From an uncultured bacterium (GTDB lineage Bacteria > Fidelibacterota > UBA2242 > JAFGTP01), in contig CAYYMT010000002.1 in the NCBI GenBank assembly GCA_964472715.1, positions 2,602-66,601 of the forward strand: DNA of 64,000 nucleotides, given 5' to 3'. The notes beneath the pieces were generated by a model that made no database searches, was not told the DNA's origin, and was given only the letters and a program-made list of their open reading frames with translations. The position numbers and the translations under genes were made by a program. Positions 30,990 through 39,798 of this stretch are shown piece by piece (position 1 is the first letter of the stretch; the number at the start of each line of letters is the position of its first letter).

Positions 30990-32120
30990 ATGAAAATTGA
31001 AAATGTTGAAATTACAAAATATGAAATAGCGCCTTATCTCAGAAGCGGTCACCGCCTAACCCTTCAGGAAAAGATCAAAGCCCTGATTGATCATCAACTT
31101 ACCCCTGTTTCCGGTTTTCCAGTGCTTATTAAAAATATGAAGCAATACATGAATTCCAGTTTTGCTTATATCAAGATCAACAATATTACCTATCGAATAT
31201 TCTTTAATCCGACACGCACAAAGAATGTCCGCGCCAATACATTCACCGACAAAACCAATAATCACAAATGCCTGCTTTGCGATCTGTTACCCGGACAAAA
31301 AGGACTCAGGGCTATAGACGGAAAATATATGATCATTCTGAATCCCGGCATTACAATTCCCGGCGATTTGACGATTCCCACAATCCGTCATGAGTTACAA
31401 ATACTGGATAACAAATTTTCTGATATGCTTGATTTGTCGCGAAAATTACCAGACTACTCTATTTATTTCAATGGCCCTCTGGCCGGCGCCACTTGTCCGC
31501 ACTTTCATTTTCAGGCCGGAATCAGGGACCGGCTTCCGCTGGAAAATTCTATCAATCAAATTATTGAAAAAAAACCAGCAGAGCGTTCTAACATCAATTG
31601 TATTTATCAATCCAAAGAAACCCATATTTTTCATATCCCTTCATTTGCTCCTGTCACTTATGCCTGTTTTACCCCATCCAAAGACGAGGCCGAAAAATTT
31701 ATGCAACACATGCTGCCAGCCTTGAAAGAACTTGATAAACAGTATATTCACAGCATTGAAAACATTCCTGATTTTGGTAGAGTCATTAAAGTCTTTGGTC
31801 AAGAGGAGTCCGAAGCCCGCTTCAATCTCATGGTAAAATATTATCCCAAAAAGAAAAAATACCTGACTGTTATTTTTCCGAAACTCTACAACCGCCCAAA
31901 AATATATTTTGCGGCGGAAAAAAAGCGAATGATACTGGGTTTTGCCATCAAGGAAGCCCTGGGACATATTTTAACTTCAAAACGTGAGGATCTATTCAGA
32001 TTGTTAGAGGATAAAGAAATTTTGCGTCAATCCTATTCAAATACTTCAATAACTCCTGTTATGAGAAAACAATTATCCCAAAAATTAAAAATTGCTTACA
32101 AACTAAAAAATCCGGTGTAA
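30990..32120 (+). CDS. HIT/GalT-superfamily-like protein of unknown function (HxHxQ motif)
   Basis: 376 aa with a PHFHFQAG motif matching the histidine-triad-like nucleotidyl-transfer motif of Ap4A-phosphorylase and GalT-like enzymes. It is divergent from the HAD phosphatase gene. Confidence 0.45.
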   Translation: MKIENVEITKYEIAPYLRSGHRLTLQEKIKALIDHQLTPVSGFPVLIKNMKQYMNSSFAYIKINNITYRIFFNPTRTKNVRANTFTDKTNNHKCLLCDLLPGQKGLRAIDGKYMIILNPGITIPGDLTIPTIRHELQILDNKFSDMLDLSRKLPDYSIYFNGPLAGATCPHFHFQAGIRDRLPLENSINQIIEKKPAERSNINCIYQSKETHIFHIPSFAPVTYACFTPSKDEAEKFMQHMLPALKELDKQYIHSIENIPDFGRVIKVFGQEESEARFNLMVKYYPKKKKYLTVIFPKLYNRPKIYFAAEKKRMILGFAIKEALGHILTSKREDLFRLLEDKEILRQSYSNTSITPVMRKQLSQKLKIAYKLKNPV

Positions 32121-32139
32121 AAACCGGATTTTTATTTGC

Positions 32140-32229
32140 GGAGAGTGCGAGATTCGAACTCGCGATACCGTTACTAACGGTATACTCGCTTAGCAGGCGA
32201 GCGCCTTCAGCCGACTCGGCCAACTCTCC
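32140..32229 (-). tRNA. tRNA-Ser (anticodon GCU)
   Basis: The cloverleaf was folded by hand: acceptor GGAGAGU/ACUCUCC, anticodon loop CUGCUAA, a long variable arm (UAUACCGUUAGUAACGGUAU), and T-loop GCGAGUUCGAAUCUCGC. Confidence 0.85.
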
Positions 32230-32250
32230 CTGGAAAGTTTCTTTCCAAAG

Positions 32251-32334
32251 CGGAGGTGGAGGGACTCGAACCCCCAAGGGCGCAAACCCGGCGGTTTTCA
32301 AGACCGCTGCCTTACCAATTAGGACTACACCTCC
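32251..32334 (-). tRNA. tRNA-Ser (anticodon UGA)
   Basis: Acceptor GGAGGUG/CACCUCC, anticodon loop CUUGAAA, an extended variable arm and T-loop GGGGGUUCGAGUCCCUC. The anticodon is UGA and reads UCA codons, so this is not tRNA-Sec. Confidence 0.85.
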
Positions 32335-32558
32335 GTTAACAAATAGCGGGCGAAATATACTCTTTTTTTCGGATTGAAAGCAAGAAAAAAAATGAATTTA
32401 ATTAAATTTTAATGAATCTGTTTTAGCCCGTTTAATAAAGGAAAATATTATAACGGGAATGGTATTATCATAAATAACATCAGTTGGATATAAAAAATTT
32501 ATCTTCAAAAAAAATCTCACCTTATGGTATGAAGTTGTCCAAAAAAGTACACGAATAA

Positions 32559-33278
32559 TCAGTGACTTAGATATTCTTCAGCCTTTTTAATTGCCGGCAA
32601 CTTTCCCACATCCAGCCAAAAAGAGTCATTATGAACATAACCACTGATCAGATGGCTTTTTGCCAGGTCAAGATACCAGTGAATAATCGAGAATATCTGT
32701 TCCTCCGGCTTGTATTGAAATATTGCCGGATCAATGACATGTATGCCGCTAAAAGCATAGGCATTCAGATCATTAGAGTGCTGGCAGGTATAAACCGAGT
32801 TTCCGGTTTTCACATTTTTCCAACCACGTAAATAATTGTCGTCATCAAAGAGCAGATAGCGACTGGTTGTCCTGTTCCTGACTGCTAATGTTGCCAACGC
32901 CTTATTCCGGTGGTGAAAGGCCACCATTTTATCTAAATCAATGTCGGTGATGATATCAACATTATAAACAACAAAAGGATCATTGGCCAGCCATTTTTCC
33001 ATTTTAAAAAGACCGCCACCGGTATTCAGTAATTGTTGTCGTTCGTCGGAAATATGGATAATTACACCGAAATTATTATGCCGGTGAAGATATTCCAGAA
33101 TCAAATCTCCAAAGTGGTGGATATTGATAACAAATTCCTGAATGCCGTATTTTTTAAGGTAATTAATGGCGAGTTCCAGCAGTGTTTTCCCACCAATCTC
33201 AACCAGCGCTTTTGGTTTATTATCAGTCAGGGGTTGTAACCGGGAGCCAAGTCCGGCAGCGAAAATAACTGCTTTCAT
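32559..33278 (-). CDS. Sugar-1-phosphate nucleotidylyltransferase, MurU-like
   Basis: 239 aa with an N-terminal MKAVIFAAGLGSRLQPLTDNKPKALVEIGGKTLLE NTP-transferase loop. It lies immediately downstream of an APH-family kinase gene, as in the AmgK-MurU peptidoglycan-recycling pair. Confidence 0.7.
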   Translation of the reverse strand: MKAVIFAAGLGSRLQPLTDNKPKALVEIGGKTLLELAINYLKKYGIQEFVINIHHFGDLILEYLHRHNNFGVIIHISDERQQLLNTGGGLFKMEKWLANDPFVVYNVDIITDIDLDKMVAFHHRNKALATLAVRNRTTSRYLLFDDDNYLRGWKNVKTGNSVYTCQHSNDLNAYAFSGIHVIDPAIFQYKPEEQIFSIIHWYLDLAKSHLISGYVHNDSFWLDVGKLPAIKKAEEYLSH

Positions 33279-33284
33279 AATCGA

Positions 33285-34724
33285 TCACTCCGTTTCAAAC
33301 AGATGGCTTTCCATATGACTGACATCAACAGCCAGCCCATATTTTTCTTTCAGATGGCGGGCGAGATTTTCAGCGCAATAGACAGACCGGTGCTGGCCGC
33401 CGGTGCAACCGAAGCTAACCATTAAATGGGTAAAATTCCGTTCCAGGTAATTATCCACCGCCATATCTACAATCCCATTCGTCTTATCTATAAAATTTTT
33501 AACGTCATCTTTGGTACGAAAAAATTCAATGACGTCCTGATCCCTGCCTGTAGACTGGCTGAATTCGGCATACCTCCCGGGATTGCTGAGACAGCGGCAA
33601 TCAAAAATAAATCCTCCGCCATTCCCCGATGTATCAACGGGAAGTCCTTTCTTATAAGAAAAACTTTTAATTGTCACTGTGAGATCATTTTGTTCTTTGA
33701 CAATATTTCGTAACAACTGTGATTTTGTTGTCTTTTGCAGGGCATTTAAAAGACTGGGGAGTTTCAGGGGCATTCGATAATTTTCCAGTAAATACTCCAG
33801 ATTTTTTAAAGCATAGGGTATTGATTTTAAGAAATGACGCTTCTTTTCATAAAACCCCCGAAAGCCATATGCCCCCATGGCCTGCATGATTCGAATCAGC
33901 ACATATCCCTGAAAATATTCCAAAAATTCTTCCCTGTTTACCGGAATATACTGTTCCAGTTCGTCCAGGTAATAGGCCATTAATTCCGACCGTACATGCT
34001 GTGGAATATTCGCTTTGGAGTCATAAAGCAACGAGGCCAGGTCATATTGCAGCGCGCCTTCTCTTCCCCCCTGGTAATCGATAAAATAGACATCCTCATG
34101 CTTCAGCATAATATTTCGCGACTGAAAATCCCGGTATAAAAAATAATGGCAATCGGTTTGCAATAAATAATCGGTGAAAGTATGAAAATCCTTTTCCAGT
34201 TCCTGCTCGTTAAAGCCAATCCTGGCCAGTTTGAGAAAATAATATTTAAAATAATTCAGGTCCCACATCATGGACTGCTTGTCAAAACTGTGACGGGGAT
34301 AAGCATAAGAAAAATCCAGATTCTTACTGCCGGCAACCTGGAATTGCGGCAGATTTTTAAGTACTTTTTTATAAGTCCTTTTAAGTTGATCCGGAAATTC
34401 TTCTCCCTGGTAAATTCCCGACAAATATTGATATAGCGTTATATCCCCAAGATCCTCCTGCAAATAAATATTATTCACAAGGTCGCTGAGGTAGATGCGG
34501 GGAACATTTAAATTTTTTGCATAAAACTGTTCACTGTAATATAAAAAAGCCTGGTTTTCCTGGTAATCTTCATTAAATGTACCAATGGCGCTTTTGGTTT
34601 TGCCGTATATTCTTATATATTCACGGTAGGAGCCGGAGCGGGGTAGTTTCTGTACCTCAAGGGCTTCTTCTCCAGACCATCTTACGAACATTTCAATTAA
34701 TTTATTTTTGGTTTCAGTATTCAT
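33285..34724 (-). CDS. APH-family (AmgK-like) anomeric sugar kinase fused to a RapZ C-terminal-like domain
   Basis: The N-terminal roughly 330 aa form a phosphotransferase/APH fold (YRDFQSRNIML catalytic-loop analog, IDYQGG). The C-terminal roughly 140 aa match the RapZ/YvcJ C-terminal domain, including GGGFIFDCRCLSNPGR. Confidence 0.6.
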   Translation of the reverse strand: MNTETKNKLIEMFVRWSGEEALEVQKLPRSGSYREYIRIYGKTKSAIGTFNEDYQENQAFLYYSEQFYAKNLNVPRIYLSDLVNNIYLQEDLGDITLYQYLSGIYQGEEFPDQLKRTYKKVLKNLPQFQVAGSKNLDFSYAYPRHSFDKQSMMWDLNYFKYYFLKLARIGFNEQELEKDFHTFTDYLLQTDCHYFLYRDFQSRNIMLKHEDVYFIDYQGGREGALQYDLASLLYDSKANIPQHVRSELMAYYLDELEQYIPVNREEFLEYFQGYVLIRIMQAMGAYGFRGFYEKKRHFLKSIPYALKNLEYLLENYRMPLKLPSLLNALQKTTKSQLLRNIVKEQNDLTVTIKSFSYKKGLPVDTSGNGGGFIFDCRCLSNPGRYAEFSQSTGRDQDVIEFFRTKDDVKNFIDKTNGIVDMAVDNYLERNFTHLMVSFGCTGGQHRSVYCAENLARHLKEKYGLAVDVSHMESHLFETE

Positions 34725-34881
34725 CTTCTCTCTTTGGTTAGTATTTAAAATTACCCATAAAATCTAAAAAACAGACTGTAAATTACCAAAAAGCGACTAA
34801 ATATCTGTACATTTTTTTGGCTTTTTCAAAATTAATCATGAAATTAGTCAACTTAAATACATAAAAAATGCAAGGAAATCT

Positions 34882-37842
34882 ATGGACGCGCATGAATTAA
34901 TCTACTACTACAATAAATTTAAATTCGGTGATGAATGCTATCACAACCTGATGACCGACCGCATCGAAAGTATCTTACTGGTCTCATCCTTTTACGATGC
35001 CTATACTTTTGAGCAGGACGGCCAGTTATCGCAGCAAATTTTTGGCGAATACCGGGAATTAAATCTTTCCATGGTACCAAAAATAACCAGCGTACCAACG
35101 GGTACGGAAGCGCTTAAGTTGCTTGAGCATGAAAAATTTGATATGGTCATTACCATGATGCACATCGGTAAAACCTCTCCTTTTACCCTGGCTGAAACCA
35201 TTAAACAACAGGATCCCAATCTGCCGGTGGTGCTTTTACTCAGTATGCTTTCCGATACTAAATACCTGAAAAATAAGGATGATACAAAATTCTTCGACGA
35301 CATTTTCCTCTGGAATGGCGATTCAAAACTCTTTCTGGCCATCATCAAATCCCTGGAAGATAAAATCAATTGTGAAGCCGATACACAAAATGGCCTGGTG
35401 CGCGTAGTTCTGATTGTTGAAGACTCCATTAAATATTATTCAATGTTTCTTCCGTTACTTTATCAGGAAATCATGAAACAGACCCAGTATCTGATTGAAA
35501 GTGATGTGGCGGAAAACAATAAACGGCTGCGAATGCGCGCCCGCCCAAAATTAATTCTGGTACACAACCTGGAAGACGCAATGGAATTTTTTAATCAATA
35601 CCAGGAATATGTCATCGGTGTGATCTCCGATACCAGCTATCCTTTTAACGATGAAATGGATATGCATGCCGGCGTTAAGCTGATTTCAGCCGTCAAAAAA
35701 AGTGTTTTTGATATTCCTACAGTCCTCCTTTCTTCCGATCGATCCAACAAAAAAAATGCTGACGAAATCGAATCGCTTTTTCTTTATAAATACTCTTCAC
35801 GGCTCCTGAGACGATTGCAGAATTTTATCTTGAATCACATGGGCTTTGGTGAATTTATTTTTCGCACAGCTGATCAGACAGAATTAACCCGCGCAAAAAC
35901 ACTGGGCGAATTTAAAGAGAAACTCCACCAGATTCCCAATGAATCCATTCTGTTTCACAGTGAAGCCAATCATTTTTCCGCCTGGTTAATGGCCCGGGGA
36001 GAAATTGAAATCGCCAGAAAATTAAAACCCTTAACCTATAAAGATTTTGCCTCTATTGAAGAGTTAAGAGGCTACCTGATATCAACGATCCTGGATATTC
36101 AAAAAATTCACGGCCGCGGTAAGATCATTAATTTTTATGATTATATTAATCTCGCCCCCAATGAAGTGACCCGTCTCTGCAGCGGATCGCTCGGTGGAAA
36201 AGGCAGGGGCCTGGCCTTTTTAAACTCCCTGCTGGTGGCTATGGATTTTGATGAAAAATATCCGGAGGTCAATATTTTCCTGCCCAATACAGCTATTATC
36301 GGTACCAATGAATTCGACAAATTTATCGAGATCAATAATATTGTTGAGGAAGACCTTTATGAAAAAACGGACCGTGAAGTTGACGAATATTTTATCAATT
36401 GCCGCCTAACGGATAAACTGATGCACCGGTTGGACATTATTCTGGATAATGCCCGCTATCCCCTCGCTGTGCGAAGTTCGGGACTTCTGGAAGACTCCTA
36501 TGCCGAACCTTTTGCCGGTATATACAGAACCTTTATGCTGCCCAACAATCATTCTGAAAAAAGCCTTCGTATGAAACAACTAACCGATGCCATCAAACTG
36601 GTCTTCGCTTCGGTTTTTAATTCCAAAACAAGGGAATATATTGAAAATATGGCCCATCAGTTGGATGAAGAAAAAATGGCGGTGATCATTCAGCAAATTG
36701 TGGGCAATCAATTCGGAGAAAGATATTTTTATCCCTCCTTTTCCGGAGTGGCCCAGTCATATAATTTTTATCCCATTGCCGATATGAAAAACAAGGACGG
36801 GATTGTCTCACTTGCTGTGGGTATGGGAAAAGGAGTTGTGGAAGGCGGCCGGATTTTTAGGTTTTGTCCCAAATATCCGAAAAAAGAATTTCTCCTCCCT
36901 GAAGCCCAGTTGAAAAATTCGCAACAGTCTTTTTACACCCTGAACCTGGAAAGAAACAATATTAACCTGATTGACGGGGAAGATTCCACACTGGAAAAAC
37001 TCAGTATTTATGAAGCCAAAAAACATGAATCCCTAAATCATGTCGCCTCAACCTGGGATTATCAGAACAGCCGGCTCTATCCCGGCACAAAACGCAAAGG
37101 GGCGCTTGTTATTAATTTTGACAATATTATCAAATATGATTACATCCCCTTCGCCAGGATCATGGAAAATATTCTGGACATTGCCCAGACGGCATTGGGA
37201 ATGCCGGCGGAAATCGAGTTTGCCGTTGACCTGAACAGGAACAATGAATATAACAAACCAACCTTTTATATTCTCCAGGTCCGGCCCCTTACAATTCGTT
37301 CTGAAGATGTGGAAATCCCAAAGGATATTCCAAAAGAAAAATTATTTCTATCCTCCTGTCACAGTATGGGAAATGGCATTATCAACAATCTTACGGATGT
37401 CATTTTTGTGAAGCCGGATACTTTTGATAAAACCAAGACCGAACAAATGAGGGATGAAATTTCCAAAATTAATAAACAAATGAAAGAACAGGGACAATCT
37501 TATATTCTTATCGGGCCCGGCCGCTGGGGATCACAGGACCGGTTTTTGGGCATTCCGGTAAAATTTGTAGACATATCTTATGCAAAAGTGATCATCGAAG
37601 CGGGTATCAAAGACTTTGACATTGATCCTTCACAGGGCACACATTTTTTTCATAATGTCGTTGCCATGGAATTGGGATATTTATCGATCCCGGTCAATAG
37701 CAATGATTGTCATCTCGACTGGAAATGGCTCTGCCGGCAGAATGTTATTGAAGATGGCCAATTTTTTCGTCATGTAAAACTCAAACAACCGGCAGTTGTG
37801 AAAATGGACGGGAAGCATGGTGACGCCATTATTTACAAATAA
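34882..37842 (+). CDS. Multidomain signalling protein with N-terminal receiver-like domains and a PEP-utilizer ATP-grasp (PPDK_N) domain
   Basis: 986 aa. Residues about 1-400 form REC-like alpha/beta domains. Residues about 420-800 match the PPDK_N nucleotide-binding domain of PEP synthase and pyruvate phosphate dikinase (LGGKGRGLAFLNS, VRSSGLLEDSYAEPFAGIYRTF, MAVIIQQIVG). The C-terminal region (GPGRWGSQDRFLGIPV) looks like a phospho-His swivel domain that has lost its histidine. Confidence 0.6.
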   Translation: MDAHELIYYYNKFKFGDECYHNLMTDRIESILLVSSFYDAYTFEQDGQLSQQIFGEYRELNLSMVPKITSVPTGTEALKLLEHEKFDMVITMMHIGKTSPFTLAETIKQQDPNLPVVLLLSMLSDTKYLKNKDDTKFFDDIFLWNGDSKLFLAIIKSLEDKINCEADTQNGLVRVVLIVEDSIKYYSMFLPLLYQEIMKQTQYLIESDVAENNKRLRMRARPKLILVHNLEDAMEFFNQYQEYVIGVISDTSYPFNDEMDMHAGVKLISAVKKSVFDIPTVLLSSDRSNKKNADEIESLFLYKYSSRLLRRLQNFILNHMGFGEFIFRTADQTELTRAKTLGEFKEKLHQIPNESILFHSEANHFSAWLMARGEIEIARKLKPLTYKDFASIEELRGYLISTILDIQKIHGRGKIINFYDYINLAPNEVTRLCSGSLGGKGRGLAFLNSLLVAMDFDEKYPEVNIFLPNTAIIGTNEFDKFIEINNIVEEDLYEKTDREVDEYFINCRLTDKLMHRLDIILDNARYPLAVRSSGLLEDSYAEPFAGIYRTFMLPNNHSEKSLRMKQLTDAIKLVFASVFNSKTREYIENMAHQLDEEKMAVIIQQIVGNQFGERYFYPSFSGVAQSYNFYPIADMKNKDGIVSLAVGMGKGVVEGGRIFRFCPKYPKKEFLLPEAQLKNSQQSFYTLNLERNNINLIDGEDSTLEKLSIYEAKKHESLNHVASTWDYQNSRLYPGTKRKGALVINFDNIIKYDYIPFARIMENILDIAQTALGMPAEIEFAVDLNRNNEYNKPTFYILQVRPLTIRSEDVEIPKDIPKEKLFLSSCHSMGNGIINNLTDVIFVKPDTFDKTKTEQMRDEISKINKQMKEQGQSYILIGPGRWGSQDRFLGIPVKFVDISYAKVIIEAGIKDFDIDPSQGTHFFHNVVAMELGYLSIPVNSNDCHLDWKWLCRQNVIEDGQFFRHVKLKQPAVVKMDGKHGDAIIYK

Positions 37843-37856
37843 CAAAAATTGAAAGC

Positions 37857-39776
37857 GTGCCATTACTAATGAATTATTTAAATCCTATAACGCTGAAATT
37901 TCAAGGTAACAAAAAGCACCTTGAACAGAAATTTCTCGAATATTATCTGGAGCGGAAAATATTTCAGCAAAGGGTTGCCATGGTATCCGGTACGGTTCTT
38001 TACTTGTTGTTCAGTTTTCTTGATGTTCTGATGATCCCGGAAAAAAGTCATCTCTTCTTAGGAATGCGATTTTTTATTGTTATGCCGGCCGCCCTTTTTA
38101 CACTGGTTTTGAGTTTTCAAAAAATCTATAAAAAAATCAGTCAACCGGCCTTATTCGTGACCAATTTTATCGGCGCTGTCGTCATTATCATTATGATCAT
38201 CATTGCCCATCCCCCGGTTACATATCTCTATTACGCCGGCGAGATCCTCGTCATTATTTTTGCCTTTACCTTTAGCGGGCTGCGGTTTATTTGGTCACTG
38301 GTGCTGAGCATCCTGATCATATTGATCTACCAGGCATCGGCAATTTATAATAACACACCACTTCTTTATATTATTAATAATAATTTCTTTTTTATATCCG
38401 CTAATTTCCTCTGCCTCACGGCCGCTTATATCATTGAATCCACCATGCGCAATGACTTTTTACAGTCAATTCTGTTGCAAAAAGAAAAAGATAAGGTTTC
38501 TGAACTTAACAAAAATTTAGAAGAAAAAGTTAAACTGAGAACTGAACAGTTGGAATTAACCAATCAACAACTGCAAGAGGAACTCGCTCATAGCCATCAG
38601 CTAAGGAAAGAGCAAAAAAAATTGCAGAATCAACTGATACAATCCCAAAAAATGGAGGCTATCGGGCAATTAGCCGGCGGAGTCGCTCATGATTTCAACA
38701 ATCTTCTGACTGTTATCAATGGCTATGCTGATATTATTATGTATACCACAAAATCGGACCATCCGCTTTATGAACCGGTTGAGCAAATTCTGGAAGCCGG
38801 GAAAAAGGCCGCTGATCTGACCGCCCAACTACTGGCTTTTGGCCGTAAACAACTCTTGCATCCGGCTATTATCGATCTCAATATCCTGATCAAAGATTTT
38901 GAAAAAATGCTCAGCAGTGTCGTCAAAAATGATAATGCCATTACTTTTAAATATTCAGATAATCCTATTAACATTAATATCGACTCACGGCAGATGGAGC
39001 AAGTCCTATTAAACCTTGTTCTCAACGCGAAAGATGCCATTCAGGACGGCGGTACAGTTACTATTGAAATTTCAAAAATTACTATTAATGAGGAAAACGC
39101 TTCCAAATTTCCAAAAGATACTCCCGCCGACTATGCCATGATATCCGTCCGTGATACTGGTGTCGGCATGGACCGGGAGATCGTCGATCATATTTTTGAT
39201 CCTTTTTACACAACCAAAGAAATGGGCAAAGGTACCGGACTGGGACTGTCCACAGTTTTCGGCATTATCCTGCAAAGTAAAGGAAATATTTATGTCACCA
39301 GTGAAAAAGGTATTGGGACGGAATTCCGGATTACTTTCCCATTGGTGGAATCTCCCGCTAAACTGGCGTTAGAAAACATTGAAGAATCAGAAAAGGACTT
39401 TTATGGAAAAGGCCTGATCCTGATCATTGAAGACAATCAGGAAGTGAAAAAATATGTCAGAAAGACCCTGAACTATTTCGGCTATGATACCCTGGAAGCA
39501 AAAGATTATCTCGAAGCCGCGCCGATTTTTGAAAAATTATATTTTAATATTGATCTGGTTGTCAGTGATGTCATGCTGCCGGGCATTAGCGGCGAAAAAA
39601 TTATTGAAACTTTTCTGAAAATAAAACAGGATCTCAAATATATTCTGATTTCCGGTTATACCGATTCGATCCTGGACAATAAAAAGCACATCAGCCGGGG
39701 AAATTTTATCCAAAAACCCTTTTCCCGTGAGCAATTAATGGAAAAGGTAAAATTTAATCTATCAAAGACATCCTAA
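37857..39776 (+). CDS. Hybrid sensor histidine kinase (polytopic membrane sensor, HisKA, HATPase, C-terminal REC)
   Basis: 639 aa with about 6 N-terminal TM helices, a coiled coil, an H-box (GVAHDFNNLLTVINGYADI), N/G1/G2 boxes (DTGVGMD...GKGTGLGLS) and a C-terminal receiver (LIIEDNQEVKK...VVSDVMLPGISG). Confidence 0.85.
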   Translation: MPLLMNYLNPITLKFQGNKKHLEQKFLEYYLERKIFQQRVAMVSGTVLYLLFSFLDVLMIPEKSHLFLGMRFFIVMPAALFTLVLSFQKIYKKISQPALFVTNFIGAVVIIIMIIIAHPPVTYLYYAGEILVIIFAFTFSGLRFIWSLVLSILIILIYQASAIYNNTPLLYIINNNFFFISANFLCLTAAYIIESTMRNDFLQSILLQKEKDKVSELNKNLEEKVKLRTEQLELTNQQLQEELAHSHQLRKEQKKLQNQLIQSQKMEAIGQLAGGVAHDFNNLLTVINGYADIIMYTTKSDHPLYEPVEQILEAGKKAADLTAQLLAFGRKQLLHPAIIDLNILIKDFEKMLSSVVKNDNAITFKYSDNPININIDSRQMEQVLLNLVLNAKDAIQDGGTVTIEISKITINEENASKFPKDTPADYAMISVRDTGVGMDREIVDHIFDPFYTTKEMGKGTGLGLSTVFGIILQSKGNIYVTSEKGIGTEFRITFPLVESPAKLALENIEESEKDFYGKGLILIIEDNQEVKKYVRKTLNYFGYDTLEAKDYLEAAPIFEKLYFNIDLVVSDVMLPGISGEKIIETFLKIKQDLKYILISGYTDSILDNKKHISRGNFIQKPFSREQLMEKVKFNLSKTS

Positions 39777-39798
39777 AATTAGCAGGAATAGTATAATC

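Noticed and set aside
30918-31052. N-terminal extension of 45 aa on the HAD phosphatase ORF (MTASEIRRYF...)
   Set aside because: The extension would overlap the divergent HIT-like gene start. The internal ATG at 30917 gives the canonical HAD N-terminus (MNKSTIKIVFTDLDGTLL), so the start was trimmed.
32251-32334. Possible tRNA-Sec, given the long variable arm and a UGA-looking anticodon region
   Set aside because: The anticodon is UGA, which reads UCA serine codons, not UCA, which would read UGA. The acceptor stem is the standard 7 bp and no selA/selB/selD genes are nearby. So this is tRNA-Ser.
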